Shown piece after piece: positions 56,643 to 64,000 of a stretch of DNA of 64,000 bases. Under the pieces are notes generated by a model. It ran no database searches, was not told where the DNA came from, and worked only from the letters and a program-made list of their open reading frames with translations. Position 1 is the stretch's first letter, and each line of letters begins with the position of its first letter. The position numbers and the translations under genes are program-made. Origin of the DNA: the human T2T-CHM13v2.0 reference genome, Homo sapiens; assembly GCF_009914755.1 (NCBI RefSeq), contig NC_060935.1. One strand, given 5' to 3'.

Positions 56643-59600
56643 GTGAGTCCAGCATTTCTTCATTTTTGTGGTGGGGGGCATCTTGGTTAGCAAGGAAACA
56701 GATTACTTACACATTATCTTGAGGACAAAGTGTAAAATTCCTGTCAATGTACATGTAGCAGTTATTTCAGAACCTCCTTGTACCTTTTCAGAAACAGGGT
56801 TTTAACAATATTGATTTTGAAGTTTCCAAGCATTATTCCATGAAAACAATATTAAAGAATAACATTCTCTCTTTTCTACTTTCAGATTCTTAGGTAGCCC
56901 CTAAGAGACAGCAGGTGTTATCTGTCCTCCGTACCACATTTTCTTTAGAGCTTTTTCAGGTTGTTTGTGCTGAATGGAACCTGGCATTCTATTAACTGTA
57001 GTCTGCAGCTAAGAGACCATTACCTGACTCTGACAGCAGTAGGTACTTACCTGTCTTCTGAGGTTGGCTCAAGAGCATTTCCCATGATTGGATCCTCAGC
57101 TTCAACCCTACCAGTGGGAGTGGTTGAGAAGAGTTGGCAACACATTTTTAAATGTAAAACTCACAAAATCCAAGTTACAAGGAGGGAAGTCTGAAAAGAA
57201 ACTATAGATAATGGCAAAACTAATCTATCGACAGTCACATCCAATTTAGGGCTCAGGAGAGAAGTCAAAGGTGCTATGTAGTGGTACCATACATCTATGT
57301 CTACATTTTAAACACAAGATTTCAGAGGTGATATTTCTACTCCATTTATATCCTTTTCATTATCCTGCAGAGGTGTGTTGGCATTCCAGAAATAGAAAGG
57401 AAAATTGAACATTCTTAGGTAACTCTGATATTTTAAAGCCACTTGTTTCTTTCACCTGTCCAAATTCCCTGAGATAACTTTGTTAGCTCCTCTTCCTGGA
57501 TATGAGCTATTCTGAGGCCAGCGTAGCTCTCTTTCTCTGCCATGGCATCCAAATGGACCAAGCACCACCGTCTTTATTCAGCTCAGACACTGATTCAGCT
57601 TGAGTCTGGAGCCTATTTAGTGAAAGACTAATCTCTGCCTAATGACCAAATACCTGCACCAGTACCCTCTTATCCTCAGCCACTTTTATGAACTAGGGAC
57701 TCACCCATGCTCTGATTGCCCTGTGGGACACCTTCTCTCCACATGCCACAGGGTTCCAGTGCCAACTTTGTGCTGCTATCCAAATAAACAAAATGTAGCA
57801 TGGGAGTCTGCTGGCCTTTATCATAATCATGAGGAAAGAAAGAAAGGAGTTGGAGCTGGATAAGGTGCAGAGAATAGCAGTTGATGAAACCAAGGTGATT
57901 TGGGATACTGGGGAAGGAATAGGTCTCTTTATCTTAAAAGATAATAATACACATAAACCCAACAATGGATGCTGGGGAAAGCAAGGCTTGTCTCCCAAAT
58001 CCCAACTGACAAAATCAGGAAGCAACATGAGAAGGTTTAAAGAAACAAAATGGGAAGGCTGCTTATACAAAGATACGAATGGCTCAGGCATCACCCCCCA
58101 CTGGGGTATTTACTAAGTCTCCCTGGTTATGGGAGCTGAGACACTGCCAGCTGCAGTGAGGTGCCTTGAACTTAAGTCTCATCTCAGGTATGGTAGGGAG
58201 GTGTTGGTCACACCATCTAATGAGACATCAATTTATACTTTTTGACAAATGGATTCCATAAAATAGCTGGAGAGGTTATTAGAAAGTTCAACGAGGATCT
58301 TGCTGAGAGTTGCCTTTAGAGACTTTGTGGTGAGAGCAACGTTGACTGTGCAGTGGCTGATACAAATCTGGATAAGGCTGATGATCCCTGGTGGGAACGA
58401 CTCCTAGGACAGGTTCCTGTGGAACAAGAATATGGAGTGGCAGGTGATGGAGACCTTCTGGCCCTGAGATCACTGCCATTTCAGCATTCTCTTGGGAGTA
58501 AGAGTTTCTTTTCCATTGTTGGAAAATCCTGGATTTCCATAGGGTTAAGGAGAATGTGAAATTATTTATCAGGGAGGAAAACCAATAAAGCTACAGGCTT
58601 CAGATTTCTCAGTTGTTTCCTCAGGCAAACAATAAATCTTCTGAGCATTGATCTAAGCCTTTGGATGGCCACGGGAGAGGGTAGGTCCTGTCAATGGAAT
58701 TACAGGCTATTTCATAGTCTGCCATATTATTACATTCCATTTTAAAAAATGTTATTTGGGGTTGTGGGTTTTTTTTTTGTATAGAGACTGAACATAAAGA
58801 GCTGAGATTTGCCATGATTCTCTTTTTATAATATAGAATGTATATAATATAGTAAATATAATAAATGGATTAATGAAGGAAAAATTAAATGAACAGGCCT
58901 GAACCCACCATTTAGTTGAAGAATAGAACATTACTTCTATTGACCCTTGAATTGTCCTCTATTGCATTCCCTCTCAGTCCAGCCCTGCCAAGAGAAAACC
59001 ACTATCTTTAATTTTACTTATATCATCATATAAAAAATATATATGCATATACATATGACAATATGGGTTTGGGTTTTGTCTATTTTGGCATTTTATTGCT
59101 CTTCTTTGACTAGCTTTTTTTCTTTGGTCAACATTGATTATGGCATTTAGTAATAGAAATAAGCAGAGCAGCTGTGGCTTATGTATCTTCATTGCTATAT
59201 AATATTCCATTGTATTAATATTAATATATGACAAATTTGCATTCTTGTACTGATGACATTCAGGATGTTAGTTTTTCTGTGATTCTGAATAATATCGCAG
59301 AGATTTTGTACACATCTTTTGGTTCACATATGCAATCATTTCTCTAGAGTTTATCCCTGATAGAGGTAAGGTATACATGTGTTCAGCTTTTCTAGATAAT
59401 GACAGTCTTTTTCAGTCATTTGCACGTATCACAAATTGATCCTTCCACTGTTGAAATGTGATGATCCCTAGTGTTCCACTTTCTCTCCAACTCTTGCAGT
59501 TGCCACACTGATCAATGTATGTGTGTGCATGTATGCAAAATGATATATTATTGGCATTTCTTCAGTTGTCCGGTTTGACCATCTCTTGATATGTTTATTG

Positions 59601-59999
59601 GTCATTCATGTTTTCTTTCTTGTGAAAATTCTTGTTCAGCACTTATTCTTTTGTTTTCCTTTCCTTGTTGATTCACATAGGCTTTTTAAGCAGTTGGGAT
59701 GCAAATCCCTTGTTGGTTATGTGTTTTACAAACATCATCTCTCAGTTTATGGCTGTCTTTGTATTCACTTTATGGTGTCTTTGATAAATAGAGGTTATGT
59801 TTGGTGCAATAAAATGTATCAGGATTTTCTGTTGTAAATTAGCGCATTTGTGTCCTACTTAAGAAGTACTTCCTTACCCTATGTCAGGAAAGATATTTCT
59901 CCTATGCTTTCTATTAGAAGTGTTAAGGTTTTGTCTTCCTCAATTATGATTTTAATCCATCTAGAATGGAAATGTTTACATAGTGTTATATAGGCATCA

Positions 60000-60378
60000 T
60001 ATATCAGTCAACTTGGGCTGCCATAACAAAATACCATAAACTGGGCAACTTAAACAATAGATATTTATTTCTTAGAGTTCTGGAGCCTGGGATATCCAAG
60101 ACCAAGTTTCAGCAGACTCCATTCCTGGTGAGGCTCTCTTCCTGGCTCACCTTCTCACTGTGCCCTCATGTGACAGAGAGAGGGAGAGAGCTCTGGTTCT
60201 AGTCTCTCTTCCTCTTCTTATAAGGATACTAATCCTACAATGGGGGCCCCACCCTCATGACCTCATGTAAACCTGATTACCTCCCAAAAGCTTCATTTCC
60301 AAATACTGTCACAATCACACTGGGGATTAGGGTTTCAATATATAAATTGGGAGGGACAAAAACATTCAGTCCATAACA
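60000..60378 (-). mobile_element. MLT1A0/B-like solo LTR
   Basis: 'gggctgccataacaaaataccataaactgg...aacattcagtccataaca'. Confidence 0.88.
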
Positions 60379-60963
60379 TATCCATATTTATTTTTCTATA
60401 TGGGCAAAAAATTTTCTGGCATATTTTCCCAATAATATGCACTGTATGCTCTGTCCTATGTAGATTTCTGTATATGCACAACCTGTTTCTGGATTCTCTT
60501 TTCTATCCACTGGGATGTTTAACTATCTCTATGAATAGCACAATTTGCAAATTACTATTGTTCTATGATAAGCCTTAACATCTGGAAGGGCAAATCATCC
60601 AGCCTACCTCTATCTTAGTTCAACCTTGGCTGGTACTTGACTTTTCTCACACATTTTAGAATCACATTGCCAAGTTAAACACCCTCTCTGGTATTTGGAT
60701 TTGTATGAAGTCTATTGATTAATTCATGAAAATTTTATATCTTTTGTGATATTGAGTCTTTCTACACGTGACCATAGTATATCTCTCCATTTACTTATTC
60801 TTTTACTTATTTCTTCTTTAAAGTTTTTTATTCAAAGCCTATAATTTTCTACGTTAAGATCTTGCATGTCTCTTGTTAGATTTATTGCTAGGTACATTAC
60901 TTTTTGTTCTTTTAAATGTTATCTTCTCTAAAATTTCATTTTCTAACTATTGCTAGTGTATAG

Positions 60964-61314
<351 letters not shown>

Positions 61315-61865
61315 TAGCTATGTATATTTTGTGGATATATTCATATTAAGAATGTTTTACTCTATTCAGAGTTGAGTAAGCCTTTTTATCACACGTAATT
61401 GTTTTATCGTATGCTATAATCCAGTGAGGTTTTTTTTACTCCTTTAATCTGCTATTTTGGTCAATTACATTGATTGATTTTCTAATTTTGAGCCAATCTT
61501 ATATTCCTAGAATGATCCACACTGATCTTGATATAGTACATTTTCTTTACACTGCTGAGTTCAGTTTGATAATATTTCATTTAGCATTTTATTTCTTCTG
61601 TGCTCATGAGTGATGCATGTAATATGCTGTCTTGTACTGTCCTTGTCTGGCTTGGAATCGAGGTAATTCTTGCTTTATAAAGTTAGTTTGGGGCATTATT
61701 TTGGATGCCTGCTATTTGTTCCTGCTCAGTGTCCCTGAAGGCTTTGGGGTTTTTGTGTATCTTTCTTCAAACTGGAAGAATGCCCCTAGTTTCTGACTTC
61801 TCCTTAGGTTGAGACAATGAGAAAGGGAGGAGAGTGGGGTCAGGATATTCATTCCCCTATTTCTT

Positions 61866-61941
61866 CTTTTTTTTTTTTTCTTTTCTTCTTTTTCTTTTTT
61901 TTTTTTTTTTTTGAGACTGAGTCTTGCTTTGTCGCCCAGGG
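61866..61941 (-). mobile_element. Extremely 5'-truncated Alu (28-bp body plus ~47-bp tail) inside an LTR33-like fragment
   Basis: 'gagactgagtcttgctttgtcgcccagg' at 61913-61940; TSD ctatttctt at 61857-65 and 61942-50. Confidence 0.88.
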
Positions 61942-62969
61942 CTATTTCTTGAGGTATCTGTAGGCTGGCAATAACTTTCAACTGAAAGCCACAGCTCTGG
62001 AATATGCCTTTATTTTGCTTTTATTCTTAAAAGATTGTCTGGGAATAACAATTTGGGAGCACAAAACTGAGTTACTTTGATTTTGCCATTATAAAACTAT
62101 CATTTCATTGTCTTCTGACCTCCAATTGTTTTTGAGAAGTTGACATTTGGTCTAATATATATTCCTTTGTATAGGAATAAAACCGTAATTACCACAGACC
62201 CCATAACACTAGCTCAGTGGTAATTTGGGTATGAATGTTTTAAATGCATAACAATGCGAATTGTCAGTATTAAGTCAAATGCAGCTAGAAACAGTAGTTT
62301 TCTTATGGTAGTGCAAGTTTGTATTAATGGTTAGAAACTGGCTGAGGGGACTTTTGTTTCTTTTTTACACAAAGCAAGTCTAAGACAGGCATGATGTTGG
62401 GGATAATATCTGTTTAATAAGCAGGGGAGAAGTTCTGTGTTGTTTATCCTTTAACGATGTGACTCTCAGGCTCTGCAGTCCTCTGAATGCCAGAAGCTAA
62501 GCCACCAGAGACTCACATTTACCTCCATTCAAGCTCCAGCTGCAGAGTTTACTTACCTCTGTGGATTAATGCTTTCTTGTTGTTTCTGTCCACTGAAAAA
62601 TTCTCTTTCTGGTCCGTCAGCTCTGCTACACATTAAGAAGAATTTTTTAATCTAGTATTTTTACCTGAAGGAGTTTCTGTGAGTATTCAAACCTATTGCA
62701 AGAAACACTGCTATATGGCTCAAAGCTTATTTTTAAAAAGCCATTTTGCTTATACTAACTGAGTAGTAATCTGTGTATTATATATTTGTCTTTCAATTGA
62801 GTAGAACTTTAGAGGTCCTTCAATCTAGCAGATAAAGCTGAGATGAATGGCCATTAGGACATTCAGCTGAGGTTACATAGCTGAATAATAGCCAAATCAA
62901 AATTAAGACCAAGTTTTTTAAATAACCATTTCAGTCTGTGCAGGAAAAGGTGGCTCAAAATGATCATAT

Positions 62970-63270
62970 ACACTGGTTTACTTCTCCTTGCCCTCTTTAC
63001 CTGGCTAACTCCCACTAAGCTCTTAAATCCCAGCTTATGTGCCATTTCCTCAGAGAACTCTTTTTCTGAGCCCTGGACTAGTGTAGGTTTTTCTGGCATT
63101 TGTTTCCATGACACTCTGTATTTCTATCATTACTCATGCTTCTTTTGTGTATTTGTTCAATTTTCTTTCTATAAGTGCAAAACCCACATTTGGTTTGCTT
63201 CCTGCTGGGTGCTCAACCTCTAGAATGGTGTCTGAAAGTTAGATATTTAATAAGCACTTGCTGCATAAAG
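62970..63270 (+). mobile_element. L2 3' fragment
   Basis: 'cctggctaactcccactaagctcttaaatcccagctt...ctagaatggtgtctg...taataagcacttgctg'. Confidence 0.65.
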
Positions 63271-64000
63271 TGAAACTCCTTATGAGGGACTAATTTGTTG
63301 AGTCTCTAGGGACTGCTTGAGTTGGAGGCTGTTATGCAGAACTGAACTCATAAACTAATCTTTTTAAAAAAATTCTTTGTTTCTCCAAGGAGAGTGTGAG
63401 TTTTATAAATGTTGGCACTCAAATAAAAATTAATCCTCATGCTTTCCTATGAAAGAACAAAACGGCAATTATTGAGTGTAAAAATGATGGTGTAATTAAA
63501 CCTCTCAACTACTGAAGCCAGATCAATAATAGTACAATACATCTTTGTGAGGATTTTATCAGTCAGCAAGAGAGAAGACAGCATCAAGGGGGAAGGTCAA
63601 AATTTCGGAGACTATGAGTCCAGTGTTCTGGGTTAATGTTGTCTGTCAGGACGATCCTCTTGGCATTTTTAGTATACCCCACTTACTAGTGGCTTTCTGA
63701 AAAAGTAGGCATTAAGCACTTCAGGAATCTCTTTCTTGGTGGTTGGCTTAGAAACTGGTTCGGAGACTGTCTCTGGGAGCTATGATCACCTCAGTTAGAC
63801 TCTGATTTGGAGAAGATGCCACAGTTCTCATGTAATGACAGTAGAAGTAATGAATTTCCCTCTATGCCAATACAGATTCCAGTTCAGAAGAGGCAAGGAC
63901 ACAGTTTACAACAGCATAGACTTTCTTTTAATGTTAAGAACTTAAAACTCTTATTTCAGCAAGGTTTGTTATTTTGTAGTGACTGATTTGGAGACTTTCC

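Noticed and set aside
57642-58559. Cluster of short ORFs in intron 3, possible extra exon or ERV internal fragment
   Set aside because: No similarity to C2B or any protein motif I recognise; cannot support a call without a search.

Overview
Primate (most likely human) genomic DNA lying entirely inside the synaptotagmin-9 gene (SYT9, + strand). It holds the 3' ~45.7 kb of the long first intron, coding exon 2 (45740-46091; transmembrane helix and linker), a 10,004-bp intron, coding exon 3 (56096-56642; rest of linker and the C2A domain) and the start of the next intron. The rest is intronic and rich in transposon fossils: Alu, L1, L2, L3/CR1, MIR, MaLR LTRs including a full-length THE1 provirus, LTR33/LTR16 and hAT MITEs. 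All other ORFs in the track look like noise or decayed repeat ORFs. The most unexpected feature is a ~122-bp, ~90% identical inverted duplication of sequence I cannot assign to a repeat family (47984-48106 vs 62194-62315). It brackets exon 3 and, with an inverted Alu pair, could loop out or circularise the C2A exon. Also notable are a 49-bp hairpin-bounded segment copied into an MST LTR from 1.7 kb away, several template-switch scars, and an unexplained ~78-nt hairpin at 14054-14131. Repeat subfamily names and boundaries come from recall of consensus sequences, not a search, so treat them as approximate unless a target-site duplication (TSD) is quoted.
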